Assembly (NCBI GenBank): GCA_043228905.1
Contig: JBHGNT010000018.1
Span: 4,030,001 to 4,094,000, forward strand
DNA length: 64,000 bases
From: Azolla caroliniana
Taxonomy: Eukaryota > Plantae > Polypodiophyta
Direction of reading: 5' to 3'
Below the pieces are notes generated by a model that searched no databases, had not been told where the DNA came from, and worked only from the letters and a program-made list of their open reading frames with translations. Numbering within the stretch: position 1 is the stretch's first letter; each line of letters opens with the position of its first letter. Of the stretch, positions 36,501-50,607 are shown one piece after another. Made by a program: the position numbers and the translations under genes.

Positions 36501-39063
36501 TATTCTCTTTGCATAGGGTACAAATCTGGACAGCAAAGCAAAACAGTGGCGGCTTACTGCAGATTTCATGAATGATATAGGTGTGGTTTTATACAATAAC
36601 CAATAAAATTTCAATAGTGATCTCTAGACAATGCAAGTATGGTAAGGAAAGAAAAAAGAGAATGTTTCGTTGTTCTTATTCCTGATCACTAGAGTTGCAT
36701 TGAAATGCTCTTGAGATTACAGGAATATGTCAGATTTGCTAAACAGTATTTTTTCTTCATCTTCTATTTAATGTTGGGAATCCCTAATGAAGTTTTTTGA
36801 TCCACAGGGATGCTGCTTGATCTTCTGTCACCTCTTTTTCCCAACCTATTTGTCATCCTACTTTGTGTTGGCAGCTTAGCACGTTCAGTGAGTAAGTATC
36901 CTAGAAGCCTATTACATGACACATTAAACTGCTAGATATCCATGTTAGTTTTTCTTTAAGTGAAATAAATGCCTCTATGAATGTGTAGCTGGTGTCGCTA
37001 GTGGGGCGACAAGAGCTGCACTTACACAACACTTTGCATTGCAGCAAAATGCAGCAGACATTTCAGCCAAGGTCTGTTCCTTTAAAGATGTTCTATAATA
37101 TATGGGAAGTTTTTATTTGACCGTATTGTCTTTAATAGATGACTTCAGCAATGTTTAATAGATGAATGTATTCTGCAGGAAGGCAGTCAAGAAACTGCAG
37201 CGACATTGTCTGGGATGATTTTGGGAATGCTACTTGCCAATCTCACAGCTGGTCACACGGTTGCTATTTGGATCTGCTTTTTGTCTCTCACATGTTTTCA
37301 TATGTATGGTAAGTTGGATGTAATTTCCTTTTTGTCTCTCACATGTTTCTCATACAAATCAGCAGATTATGCGAAATGTGCTTCATGTATGCCTTACAGA
37401 CTTCCCTATAAGCTGATTGATACCAGTCAGGCAGGACTCTGACAGTAGGAGCTCTATGCACTTCGAAAATGAGGAATCCTGCTAGAGTTTGCAGTGACTC
37501 CTGTTCTCTTATCCAGCCTGATATAAGAGGGTCTGCAACTTATCTTTTCTGAGACTGATCGAGTGTTTAACAACTCACTTCCATTGAGAGAGATCTTCAT
37601 ACTATTTTCTAAGACTTCATTAAAAATTGGAAATGGGGTTTGTCCTCATTGTAACCAATCTATTATGGGTCCAACATGTTAGCTCCAAGGGGTGTGAGGG
37701 GTCTCTATGAGAAAAAAACATACCTCATTGAAAGAGAAAACGGAAGGGGGTATCTGATTCATTACTAGGAGTAACATTCACAAGGTCTAAGTTCTCCTTC
37801 ATGGGAGGCTGCTTGTGCTCGACATTGAAAGAGTAACCCCTCTCTTGAATCTTAAGAAGGATGCTTATTTCTAACAGAAGAGGATATCTGAGTCATTTCT
37901 AGGAGTAAGATTCACAAAGCCTACGTTCCCCTTAATGGGAGGCAAATACTACAATATTCTTCCTGAGCATTGAATTGTACAATTTTTATACTAGCTGTTA
38001 GCACCTGGGGGCTGGTAGAATTATTAGTAATATAATATTTCTTATTATGACAAAATTGGATTTTATTTTGCAGCTAATTATAAAGCTGTCGGTTCATTAT
38101 GCTTAACAAGCTTGAATAAAGAAAGGACCAGCATTGCGTTGCATTCATTTTTAACCACAGGGAAAGGTAATATTTGTTATTCAGAAAATTTGGAATAATT
38201 TTCTATGCTATTTCTTCTGAAAATAAATCTTGGGTACATTATGTATTGCATCCATAAGAGCTGGAATTAATAGAATAAAAACTGAAGATGATGTAAAAGA
38301 GCTGCATAGTCTATATTCATCAATTTGATTGTGACTTCTGTTGATTGCAGTGCCAACTCCATTGGATGTATCAGCAAAAGAAGTGATCTTACCACAGCTT
38401 TTTAGTCTGTCCTATTTCAGCAAAAAAGTACGTCATCAACCAAATCAAAATATTATATTTGGAGCACGGATATCGTCAATTAATATACATGAAGGGTAAC
38501 TAACTTTCGATTTATTCAATTAGTTTTGACTAGTTTGGAATTTTAAATCTTTTGAGTATTTTGATCAGATGGAAGATATTTCCACAATTGGTGAAGCGTT
38601 ATGCAAAAGGTGGTGGTTGAGTATATATGAACTCATGCACTCAACCTCCAACTATGAAGAATCTAACTGAATTTTAATTGTTGCTTCTAACATCCATGCG
38701 CAGATAATTACCTTATGTTCCTTCAGGATGGGAAGATATATGTGATATTACACAAGCAAGCAAAAAAAGATGATTATTTGAAGTCTTACATCCACGCACT
38801 TGTTGCAGCAAGCTTTTTGGACAACCCTAATATTGAAGATGCTGAAATTAGTAGTAATATTTGGATGCAAAATTCATTTCCATTATTCATGCTAGAGGTA
38901 ACAGGGAAATGTTTATATTTTCTGGACATTCTCATAATATGGTCTGACTTGTCTTTTGTCTATGAAGCTCCAAGCACATGGATGGAATAGTGATAGAGTT
39001 CTCGCGTATCCGGACACTTGGCGAGCCCTGTGGTCCTCCAGCATAGATCTCAAGTCAGAGTAA
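33532..39063 (+). CDS. RUS3: ROOT UVB SENSITIVE 3-like protein (DUF647/RUS family), 15 exons
   Basis: Exons 33532-33644, 33765-33825, 35316-35375, 35523-35561, 35660-35722, 36262-36318, 36517-36580, 36808-36891, 36989-37071, 37179-37308, 38074-38166, 38351-38495, 38569-38609, 38704-38897, 38968-39063. Motifs FLPEGYPGSVTSDY, GATFQWFLRDFTGMLGG, GVASGATRAALTQHFA, ADISAKEGSQET. Confidence 0.92.
34700..35200. mobile_element. Eroded MITE-like insert with AAACC(G/A) subterminal repeats in RUS3 intron 2
   Basis: Many AAACCA/AAACCG repeats around an AT-rich core, resembling 48432-49104. TIR and TSD were not resolved. Confidence 0.4.
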
Positions 39064-39206
39064 AGCAAACATCTGCAGTGCACATCCACTGAACCTGTTT
39101 AAGTTTTCGGAAATTGTGTGTGAATTGGTCTCATTGCATTGTAACAAATTCATTTCACCCATAATATTCATATCTTATTCAATCTTTCATGCGTTTGAAA
39201 GTCTTG

Positions 39207-40001
39207 CCCCTGTATACACTATCAAGATTAATGTATTTTCCAGCATCTTTTGGCTATGCAATTCTATATGAGCTGTAATACATATGACTAATATAGCCCC
39301 TGTATACACCATCAAGATTAATGTATTTTCCAGCATCTTTTGGCTATGCAATTCTATATGAGCTGTTGTACATATGAGCTGTAATACATATGACTAATAA
39401 TGTTATGACTGGGCTCTACAAACACACACGTATAACGGGTTATACATACTGACTAATAATGCTGCTCTCGCTGCATACTAACAAACACATGTGTAAGGTG
39501 TGATCTCTTGGAAGTATAAGGATCTTTGGAAATATAAGAAGACATTCACATTCACGGTGAGGATTGCCATAAAACAAAACAGATGGAAGTATTGAAGAAA
39601 TATAAGAACAAAATGTGATATTGAGGAAAACACTCCAGATTTTGAAGCTGTTCAAAGAAGACAATTGACAGATTCAATATAGTTTTCTTTTATTTTCAAC
39701 TCTGGAATATGATATTTTATCATATTTTGCAATACACATCTCAAGTGCTATTCAACAAAATCAAAGTTCGAATAATTTTGTTTGTTATTATTGCACACTA
39801 TCATCTTTTGGAATACAGATCTCAAGTGATATTCAACAAATTCAAAGTTCGAATAATTCTGTTTGTTATTATTGTACTATCATTCTTTTATTTTCAACCC
39901 CACGTGTGGAATATGATATTTTATCATCTTTTGGAGTACACAGTGCTATTCAACAAAATCAAAGTTCAAATAATTTTGTTTGTTATTATTGTACTATCAT
40001 G
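39207..40001. repeat. Tandem duplications downstream of RUS3
   Basis: A unit of about 90 bp occurs twice at 39207-39400. A separate unit of about 90-100 bp (TTCAACAAAATCAAAGTTCGAATAATTTTGTTTGTTATTATTG) occurs three times at about 39690-40001. Confidence 0.8.
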
Positions 40002-41441
40002 AAAGGAGTGTAACTTTGATGATTTTCCATTATCTCAGCATTTTGTTTTATTTTAGAGAACACTGCCCTTAACTGGTTCAATACAATGGCATCAAAATGA
40101 GTTTGGTTATGTGTGCAGAAGTACCTTCTAATACATCACGGTTCTGTAAGTGTAATAAGCCAGAAATTTTCCTGTACTGTTCAATTGCCTACAACTAACA
40201 AGGTAGTGATGAACCACCTGTTGTGAATTATTTGTCTATAACAAAACATCGTCCTTCCACAGTTGAGCTACATTGATCAATTACCTATACCTTTGAGCAA
40301 AATGCAACAGACTATTACCTATTGATTACTACTCAATCATTCCTGCTCAAAAACATGTCATTAAAAAACATATGAATGTGTGTGTTACAAAGAGGATGTG
40401 TTTCCCACAGTCGTTCATAAATTAAATATTAACTCACTCAAACTTCCTGCTCAAAATTATGCCATTAACAAACATGAATGGGTCACAAACGGGATTCATT
40501 TCCCACAATTGTTCAGAAATTAAATATACAACAAAAAGTAAATGGAAAACAATCCTATAGCATATAAAAAAAGCTGCCTGTAATGATAAAACAATAGAAA
40601 ACCAGTAATCCAAGCCAGGACTTTCCCAGGTTAGAAACTCAAAGACCTCCATTTTCATAGTAGAAAACAAAGTAAAACGGCCTTCTCAAATTAGGGCCTC
40701 ATCAGGAGGCATCCAATCGGTACCTCAATTTTCCTCCAAACAAAATAATCAATTTTCCTCCAAACAAAATAAAGCTTACATTTTAATGTATATGAAATTG
40801 GAAAAGCTCAGCACAAACCGTCATCAGTATATAATTAAATGTTGCATTCATATTTATGAATTAACTCATAGATTTAATAACATTCACAGATATAAAGTGA
40901 GCAAATGCATGAATGATTACTTGGCTAATATGGCACATTAATATTGATCATTTCTCATTTATCTGCTTGTATTGCAATTGGCTACCAATGACCTTCACCT
41001 CTTGTACAAATGAATTAAGTTTCTTTTTTTGTTAGGTTCAAGCAACAAGCAAGCATCACAAAACAGATGTGATGGGTCACCACTAAAAGAAGGTTCTTGT
41101 GTTTCCATACTGTAAACGAAAACAGTAAATGCAGTGTTGTTCAACAGAGTGTTGTCTGCATTCTGGGTATTCCCAAACAATACAATCATTTTTCAAAGGA
41201 ATCCACAGGCTGCCATAGACTTCAGCTTTTATGCTGAGTGTAGTTTCTTGTGCTTTATTTGTCTGATATTATTACTTGAAAGAAAAGAAGCACAGACAAT
41301 GCTGGCAAATCTCCATTTTGTTCCTGAGAAAACGAAACAAAATTCAGTTCTAGAATAAACTTGATGATATTTGCTCATGCTGAACTAGTGGTTTGAACTA
41401 GAGAGAGACCTATTTGATGAAATGTGCTCACCAGACCAAGT

Positions 41442-44400
41442 TCAGCCAACTGGCCTCTTGCTTGAGGATTGTCTACCAGTTACATCATTGACAGAAAATC
41501 CATTGCCCTGTGTGTAACAGTTCTCTTAGATATATAAATAATATTACACAAACTCTGAAATACGCCCCATTTTTTCTTTATTATCATGAATGCCTTATTA
41601 AGAAATTCTAAATGCCCTTTGTCAACCCATTAAGAGCAAAAATTCTATGTGCTATTTGAGTAATGGGCAATTCATAACCTTTTCTCAATTTTGTGTGCTA
41701 TTAGAGCAATTATACTTTTCCCTTTTTCCTCTTCTGGGGGTTGACTAAGGGCTTTTCTGTAATGAAGAAAAACTTCCGAAGGGTATTCCCAAAATTTTCC
41801 CTAAAACAAATGTGCATCAAAATCCAAAGGTTCTTTTTATGGAGGCCTAGACACCTACTTTATGCATGGAGGCTGCAGATTCTGACTCCATTGGAGCAAT
41901 AAATGTACTATTTTGCATTCGTGATGCATCCAACGCATCAGCAATCAGTTGCCAACCACAAAGAGCTGCCATAAAGTTTGATTCTCCACTGCCAGTTGCT
42001 GCAGCAACATAGCCATTGATCCAAGGGCAATAAAATTGGTGCTCATGAATTGGATCAAATTCTTCAACGCGATCCTTTGTTCGTCTGTGGTTTCGCTGTT
42101 TCCCTGGAATGTTTCTGAATCTGTCAGCCTTCTCAATTTTGAAATCTAACAGAATAAAGGGAGAAACACCAAAATACCCCTTAATGTTTTGGGTATTTAC
42201 CAAAAATCTCCCCAAATTTTCAAAAATCACCAGAATAGTCCTTACAATAAATAAAATTACTAATACATATAGGCATGCTCATCGTTTTAAATAACATAGG
42301 GGTGTTCTCGTAAATACACACAACTTAGAATATTTTGGTGTTTTCACCTAGAATGTAAACAAATCAGTTGGTTAACTATTTTGATAATAGACAGACCTTC
42401 TGCATGTGCAACTGCTGTATCAGCTTCCCCCAATACAGGTTTTGTGGCTCTAGAATTTGCACCTGATTGTCCTTTAAGGTTGCTGATAATGTGGTTTGCA
42501 TCCACTAGCTTGTTGCACAATGATCCTTGGCTTCCTTTCTGTTTCCCCTCCCATGATTCTTCTTGACCAGAATCCTCATGCTTCACATTTGAATAAACCT
42601 TTGCTACAGAAAGTGATGGTATGGTTTCAACACTCTCTGTGGGATTATCATTCATATTCAGCAGCTTCTTATCATCTGGCAAGGATTGCCCTGTTAGCGT
42701 CTGTCCAAGCATAGATTCACTAGTTTGTCTTCCATTGTTTGTTACTTCAGTGATCAACTCTGCATCATTGGCTAAACTTTCCATCTTATGGACAGAGAGA
42801 TCAGCCCCATGAATCTCAGCTTCATGGCTTGCTGCCATTTGAACACTCCCACCACTCATTCCTACACTCAAGCCATGAGCAGCATTTCCATAGCATGCAG
42901 CATCATTTTCTACAGCTGTGTCAACATCACCTTCATCACTTGTGCTAACTCCTGGATTTGAAGGCCCACCAAGAGCATCTCCAGAATTACCTTGGTGACA
43001 TGTGCTTTGTTGCGCTTGCTCCACATAGTTAAGATCATGATTTCCTCCTCTTTCACTTTTCTCCCAGCTGAATGCAGCATCTTGTGCATCATCATCTTGA
43101 GGTGAATTCTCCACACTTTCTGTAGAATATTCTTGTTTACTGTGGCAAGTATCTACTGCGATGACCGAAGAAGCATAAACTGAGCTACCTGGAGGCACAG
43201 AAACTACTGTTCTAGGTCTGTATGGCTCTAGCAAGATTGCTTCCCGACGCCTTTTTTTCAATCGTTCTGTGTCATCCACCTCATAATCATTGTCAACTGG
43301 GAAAAAATTGCTGCAACTAGGGTCTAACAAAGGCAACCCATGAGAAGCACCTGAACTCTCTCCAAGTTTGCGTTTGGAGGATTCTCCAACATAAGACCGC
43401 CTGTGAACTTCACCATCATCTACCTCATCATTTTCAAAATCTAATACAGTTCCTTCGACGCTATCTGCGCGATGCATCCTGCTCTGTGGCCTATCAACTG
43501 TACTTCCTCCTTCATCCATACGACACCATGCAAATCCAGGACCAAATGACTCATAAGAAGCAGCAGCACCACCCATTTCACTGCCTTCTGGCTGAACCAT
43601 GAACTGGCCGCTACTTGCAGCATGCTCTACATGTGGGAGCTCGGGGGGGAAAGACCCAACTACAGTTGGCCCATCACCTGTTGTAAGGTTAAGGTTCGCT
43701 GCTCCACAGTAGGAAGACAACTTCTCTTCACCTAATTGTACTGCATCCCCTTCATCTCCCTTTTCTTTTAAAGATGCATCAACGGTGTGAAACCCGTCTA
43801 TACCACTGGCTGCACTCACATTCCGCATTAAAGACTTTTGTGGTAGCTCTGGTATATTGATCAAACCTGATGATGTAAGTACTAGTGGACGTGAAGCTAC
43901 TGCATATGGTTTAAGACTCACACTTGCCCCGCATAGGCTACAGTCTAGTACTGCAGATGCTGGGTTGAAATTTAAATCAGATAGAACACTTCCAATTCTT
44001 CCTGTCCGTGACTGTAGCAATGAGCTTGCTTCCCGCAGCCTATGTGAAGCACCTTCTGCAGGGGTTACAGATTTTCCTTTCCTAGATGAGTATGCAGAAT
44101 GTTCTTCACAATCAACTATGTGTGGAAGAAATCTTGGCTCCCATCCACATAGACTTATCAACCTTTGTGCCTGCTAGTGTATGTTGCATGAGCTCATGCT
44201 TACATCAAATGTGTCAATGTTGAAAAATTCAGCAAATATATAGCATACCTGAAAGTAAGGGTTATTTGCAGCATCTACTGATTCCTCTATGAGATTATAT
44301 CCATCCTCCAGTCTTCTAACAGTTTCCCTCACAGGTTTTGCAAGAATTCTATCAATTTCAGGACCCCTTGTAAGTTTCATCTCCTCAATCGCAGAGTCAG

Positions 44401-47400
44401 AGATGACAGGAAGTGATGAGAACTGAAGCAGTGCATCGCAACGATCATTGAATCCTCCGATAAGAGCTGAAATTGGTGAAGGTAAGAATTGTGCTAAACT
44501 TTCTGCACAAGGATTTCCTTTCCATGGGCAAGAAGCTTTATGTCCAGAATCTAGTTGCTCATCATATGCCCCAACTGCCAAATTCATTTGCCAGATATAA
44601 TAGTTATATTCTTATACACCAACAATCATGCAGATTAAGATCTAATTATCTTCAATCTAGAATATGAAAATAGTGTTTGTCTTACTTTATTGATAGTCAA
44701 AGAGACAGGGACAATATGCTATCTAAATTAGTATGCCAATGTCAACAGTGCTCAGGAAGCACCAGAAACATCTCCATGTGGATTGTCACGGGGAGAATCG
44801 GTCTCTTCTGTGAAATGGATTATCTGTTATTTTTTACACCCTCTGCTGACATTCTTGTACTGTTTTGCACCTTCCTTGGCTTATTTGAAATATATGATGT
44901 TTTTCTTTTTTACCGATATAATATACTCCATATATTTAAGAATACATAAAAGCATCTGTGAATCTGTTCCCATTGCCCATCACAATTGATGTTCTTGTAC
45001 AGAAACACAAACACGTACCCATTCAACTTCATTGATAGATCATCAAAGCCCAAATAGTTATTATGAGTATTCTTGGTTTTCTTTCTGTAGCGCTTATAGA
45101 CTCTTTCTATAGCAATAAAGTTTTTCATGAAACCCAAAGATACATGACTTCACAGGGGGTAATACCTTGATTTTGTGGCCGTGAGGAGAAGAATGGAATT
45201 TTGATATGTGCACCACATGTCTCACATGTTATCATATCATCCTCTGCATTTACCCAGCCTCTCCGTGCACATGCAAGCGGCCCACATATCTGATGTGACA
45301 GGATATGATTCATTAATCATAAGAATACATCGGTAGATTGAACTGGCTCTTTTATCATTAAGGCAAGACATTTTATCATTAGCTACTGTCTCCTGAACAT
45401 GAAATTAAGTAATTCACATACCTTGGGTGCTGCCTGCCAAATATCTGACCTAAAAGTGGATAAGCGCTTCAGTAAATCTTCTTTATCCCATGGTCTGCAA
45501 GCTGACTGAGTCAAACCTTGTGTCGATCCAGCACCAGTACTCCCACTTGTCCCAGAAGACCAAGGCGGCTGAGGACCTGACCTTGAGCATCCCTTAAAGC
45601 CTTTACCAAATCCACACCAATCCACACTGGTCATATTTGCTGGAATAGCTGGTGATGAAGCCCCAGCAGAGCTGCACTTGCAGTCAAAAGTCATATTGAT
45701 ACTTGAGTCTTGATCGTTAATCACAAGACACCTTAATACTTGATCATTTTGAGACCATATTTATTATTACATTTAACATGGAAAATATAACAATAATAAA
45801 CACCAACAACAACAAAAAGAAAAACATGCAAACCTTACATGTTTATAAAAGAAGATAGGTAATCATATTCAGACAGAAAGATATCCGAAATCTCACTTAA
45901 CCCACAAAAAAACTAAAGACACTAGTGATACTTCAAAATGATTTGTGAATAGAGTGAGGGATTTTATATGTATTGTGCGGAAGCTACAAATCAGACAATC
46001 TTCTTAGTACAAGGTGGTTCAAGTTAGGGCAAGCAAATTCAGTGAACTCATTCACAGCTAGCCTAGGTCTTCTGACTCATATAAGTTATGCAAGAAGAGT
46101 AAGGGATGGTTCACATACATTAAATTATTGAATGTGTTGAAAGAGGCAGCAATGATCTAGAAGAGGGATGATGATGATGAACGTGAGGTGAAGAAGATGA
46201 GGGTATGTTGATATGATTAAGAAGATGATGTATGATGGAGATAACCATGATGACAACAATGGGATACTCAGGAAAAGCCTCTGCTGCTGTATACACACCT
46301 CAAAAAAATTCTGTGTTTGTTTGATTCCTGGCTGAGTTACCTCTGAGCTTCAAAATTTTAATGTCATTTTGCTCTCCCTCATTATTGGGTTCTTCAACCA
46401 ATCAGGTAGTTCTCCATTGATAAGGGTGCAAAACCCTTCTTTTAATTTGTCTATTTGCTTTATGACTTTAGTGTTTTCTTCTTTGATTGCAGCCAGCCTT
46501 TCTTTGCCATGCTCAAACACACATATGTTCACACACAAACACATAATACATAAATATGACATAGTTCCAGAGGAAAATCTTGATGTTTCGATATGGAGAA
46601 AACCAGGACAATACACTATGAATCGAATAAAAGACCTAAATATGTTTGCAAAATTTAGAGGTGAATGAGAAACAATAATGGGGTCCATAAAAACAATCAT
46701 ACTTTAAGCACTTTAATCAACTAGCTATTGGGAAATACTGCATAGTTGAGAGATTTTAGATATAGCACCAAAAAGGTACCATAGATATATTCTGTCTGTT
46801 GTATGTGCATAAATCAATAAGGAGTACTGTGACTGAAAGAGACAATGGAGTCAATGTTAAGTCACCAGTTAGACATGTTGTGTGCACTTATTCATAGAGA
46901 CTATGACTTTCGCAACACTAAGATACTAACACTTCTGTGAGTTTAATACTCTCTACAGTAAAAGAGTGATTTGCTAAAATCCTCAATTATCAAAAAATTA
47001 CAATTTGAGAGCAGAATGCAAGAGCTTGGACTCATGTTAAATGGTAGCCACTCAGAAGCCCTCATCTACACTTATGCCTGCATTTGAACTCCATTAGGAT
47101 TTGTTAAATTTCATAAACCAAGCGCAAATCTTTCTTGATTATTGATCCAGATGAGCAACGACAATATGAAGGAAAGATTTAAGTTGCAAAGCTCTGTTTT
47201 AATCTGGAAACAGAGTTTCTGCAACTAAAATTATCTAGCTAAATCCACAATTTCTCTATTGTGAAGAACTTCAAAGTTTTATTCCATGTGTGGAACCATA
47301 TGCAAGTATCTGTTCTATGGAACTCACAGATCTGAATGAGGTATGGAATTAAGACGGAAATAACTGCATCAGAATCACCAGGTGTAAAAAATTCTAGTTT

Positions 47401-48139
47401 TTCCAGCATATCTACAGTTTTTCCTAATCATAAGAATATTTTCACTTACTCCAACCCAGTTTTTCTTGTACTGCTAAAAATCCCTTAATTTTTTCCATCA
47501 AATCTACAATTGCAGAGGTCTAAGGTAGAGTTTTTAAATACTCCTAACTTTTCTCGCAAATTGACAATCAATCAAGGAACTTCATTCCCCGAAAAAAAAC
47601 TTGATTTCTCAGGACTGAATATCTCCACAACACAAATTTGCATTAGTTCTGGAACCTAATTTCTCAGTGTTCAAGAACACGAAGTCAGAACCTTTCTGTA
47701 TGGGAAAACCCTTACAGATCTCCAAGGTAGAATCTTTCTTTACTGAAAAACCTTACCTTTTTCAGACAAAATCGAAGACGGGCTTAGCCCATAGCTTTGG
47801 TTTACAGAAAACCCTAATTTAACAAGATATAATAGGGACGAGGCAGAATAGGCCTTTTTACAGCATTTCCAGCGCATCCGAGTGAAGGGAAGTTCATGAC
47901 TTTCCTTTACCTTGCTAAACCCTAATTCTCTGATCGAGAAGAGGAGAGGGGAAGGGGAAATCGGGAAAGGAAAAACAAGGCCCGAGAAAGCAAAAAAAAG
48001 GTACATAGAGAAAGAGAGGGAGGAAGACAGACAGAGAGACAAAGAAGGGAAAAGGGGGGGACCTGGCAGCTGGAGTGGGAGAAGAAGATCCATAGACAAC
48101 GAAATCCATGGCTCGCTTGTCTGCTTCTTCTTCCGCCAT
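41442..48139 (-). CDS. C3HC zinc-finger NIPA/Rsm1-like protein (plant IAP-like protein family), about 7 exons
   Basis: Exons 48139-48063, 45671-45422, 45289-45166, about 44574-44249 (acceptor uncertain), 44170-42397, 42145-41859, 41507-41442. Motifs SSAGASSPA..SVDW, CRPWDKEDLLKRLSTF, CARRGW..CETC, HKASCPW, ISLCGWEPR, LDCSLCGA, EFDPIHEHQFYCPWING, LCGWQL, ESESAAS. Confidence 0.9.
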
Positions 48140-48369
48140 GGGAGGGAACGATCTCCTGCTGTTCAAAAACCCTAATAAAGCTTTGCAAGCAGAATCATCT
48201 GTCTGTTTCTTTCTCCCTTGGATGAGAACAGAGCAGAGCAGAGTAGGGCAGGGACAGGATGGATGGATGGATGGATAGTGATCGAGAAAGAAGAAGGGCA
48301 GAAGAACAGGGGCAGCAGAAAATAGATAAAAGTAGCCACATAGTTTTCTTATATTTCCAGATATAGCTC

Positions 48370-49770
48370 TCATACCAATATTGATTTCTGGAAGTCTACT
48401 TTAGGGTACCCATTGATCTTTGCTTTGCAGGTAACAATCGGCAACGGTTCGGTTTGAACCGGACCGCGAAACCGCAGCTTAACGGTTTGGTTCAGGTTTA
48501 GGGTTTTTTAAACAGTTCGGTTCAGTTTTAACAGCCAGAAACCGCGGTTTAAATGATTTAACGGTTTTTTATTTTATTTTATTTTATTAAAAAATTATAA
48601 AAAATTGTAAAAATTTGTTTTTTTTTTTTTTCATAAAAATATCCTCCATTTGTATTAACATCAAGTGGCCAAAGGTAATATACAAAAAAGTCCAGTATTA
48701 CAAAGAAAATTGCAACATAATTAACTAGAAAACTATTGAACACTCGTGTAGCTTTAACAGTCTCAACAACACTGGGCTCAAGATTTAAAAAATTGTTTTT
48801 AAACAATCTTTTCATTTTTAGACCTTATTCTCACATTTTAGGAACATCTTAAAAATTTTAAAAATTTTAAAAAATGAAATATCATGAATTTTAAAAATTT
48901 AAAAATTTAAAAATAAAATTTTGAGCTATGTTGAAAACCGAAACCGAACCACGAAACTGCGGTTTTTACGAATGGTTTAACGGTTTGAAATTTTTTAATG
49001 GTTCAGTTTAACAGTTTCGTGGTTTGGTTCAGGTTTCAAAAAATTTAAACGGTTCGGTTTGGACCCTCTCAAACCAAACCAAACCAAATTGTTGCCAATT
49101 GTTATTTGCAGGGGACTTGTCTCTTGGCAGCCAAGACTATGTACAAAAATGTGTGGCACTACCCACAACGGAAGTTGCGTATATTGCTGCAACAAAAGCT
49201 TGTAAGGAATTGCTATGGCTGAAGAAATCCTTACGTGAGTTGGGGCTTATGCAAGAAAGGTATAATCTAATATGTATTGTGACCGTCGGAGTGTTATACA
49301 CTTTAACTTATGCAAGAACTCTTCCTTTCATTCTACATCTGAACACATCGATGTAAGATACCATTGGATTTGAGATGCGCTTGAAGAAAAGAAAATGCAC
49401 ATTGAGAAAAAAATTCAGAATTTTTTTGTTTGAGTTTATACTAATGAGAATGGCTCCGACAGGTGTTTGTCACGAGAGAAGCTTGGGTTTGCAAACGAAA
49501 GGCAAACTTGGCTGTGCCCCCCACTTGTGATGGAGGGGGGGGGGGGGGGATTGTGGGGTTTTTCCACTCAAGTGGAACCCTAGGAATCGTCCAACGGTTC
49601 GGCTTAACTAGTTTGGCCTTATCCAAGCGTAACCGATTAAGCCTAAGCCGTTTTAGGGTTCTCAAACTTGAACCAAACCGATCCCTAAACCGATTTGGGA
49701 CAAAAAAGCTTCACATGTATGAAGAAACCCAAAAAACACCACTACCACTTCCTCCTCCTCTTCTCCTCCT
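48370..49770 (+). mobile_element. Degenerate Copia 3' remnant (RNase H, PPT, start of LTR)
   Basis: KST.GY..FAG|GLVSWQ..VALPTTEVAYIAATKACKELLWLK. Poly-G PPT at about 49532-49550. LTR starts TGTGGGG at 49552 and is cut at 49770 by the chromovirus LTR. Confidence 0.75.
48432..49104. mobile_element. hAT-type MITE inserted in the Copia remnant
   Basis: TIR TAACAATCGGCAAC / GTTGCCAATTGTTA (13 of 14). Perfect 8-bp TSD TTTGCAGG at 48424-48431 and 49105-49112. AAACCG/CGGTT subterminal repeats. Confidence 0.88.
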
Positions 49771-49883
49771 TGTCAGGAATAGTACTAAAACAAAGAGAGA
49801 ATTAGTACTAGAGAAGGGAAGTACTATTAGTACTAAGAGGACGGGATTGCGTAAGACTCCCGAGAGGGAGGAAAGAGAAGAGA

Positions 49884-49943
<60 letters not shown>

Positions 49944-50607
49944 GATAACATATGATATATTATAGGAAGAGTAAGTACAAGATGGCTATGAGGCTTAAGA
50001 TTGGCGTTGAACCAATTTGGTTCAACATAATGCCTAGTGCCTTCTTTTATAGTGTTCTCAGGAGTAATCTTGAAGCTTCTAGAATGTTCCAGAGAAATCT
50101 GGAATATACATTAATTTCCTATAATAAAACTTAAATGAAACTAATATCCTACGTATTACAATAGATAGTATATCGACCCATATAACATAAGGTCATGGGT
50201 TCGAGTCTTGCTATATCATGACACTATCTCCCCCTTAAGACGACGAGTGGAACAAGTCGACGCTGATTGCGGACCGGGTTTGTTCGGATATTTTCGGTGA
50301 AACTCAGCAAGAAGAGCTTGAGCATTGGCGACATGCTCGACGGGTTCCCAAGTACGTTCGCTCGAACTATAGCCGAGCCAATCGACCAAATAATAAAGTT
50401 TGTTGCGAACAAGTTTGGAATCGAGGATGGCAACAACTTCATACTCTGGGCCGGCTTCCAACTTAAGCGGGGGCGGCGGTGGTGTAACACTATCGGGAAT
50501 AGTGTTTGCTTTATAAGGTTCAAGAGGAGAGCTATGGAAAACCGGATGTATCTGAAGATGCGGAGGGAGATCAAGGCTGAATGTGACATCATTAACCTTA
50601 CAACACG
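49771..50607 (-). mobile_element. Chromovirus (Gypsy) 3' fragment: integrase tail, chromodomain, PPT and 3' LTR (49771-50223)
   Basis: NDVTFSLDLPPHLQIHPVFH followed by EYEVVAILDSK..YYLVDWLGY..ERTWEP..VANA..FH.KYP chromodomain. PPT AAGGGGGAGATAG. LTR TGTCATG...CCTGACA. Confidence 0.88.

Noticed and set aside
45920-46700. Coding-like patches in intron 1 of the NIPA-like gene
   Set aside because: Probably decayed TE fragments, too degenerate to assign, and not needed for the phase-consistent gene model.
49885-49939. Long (GA)n tract and RERERE ORF
   Set aside because: Simple microsatellite within the chromovirus LTR; the ORF is a by-product.
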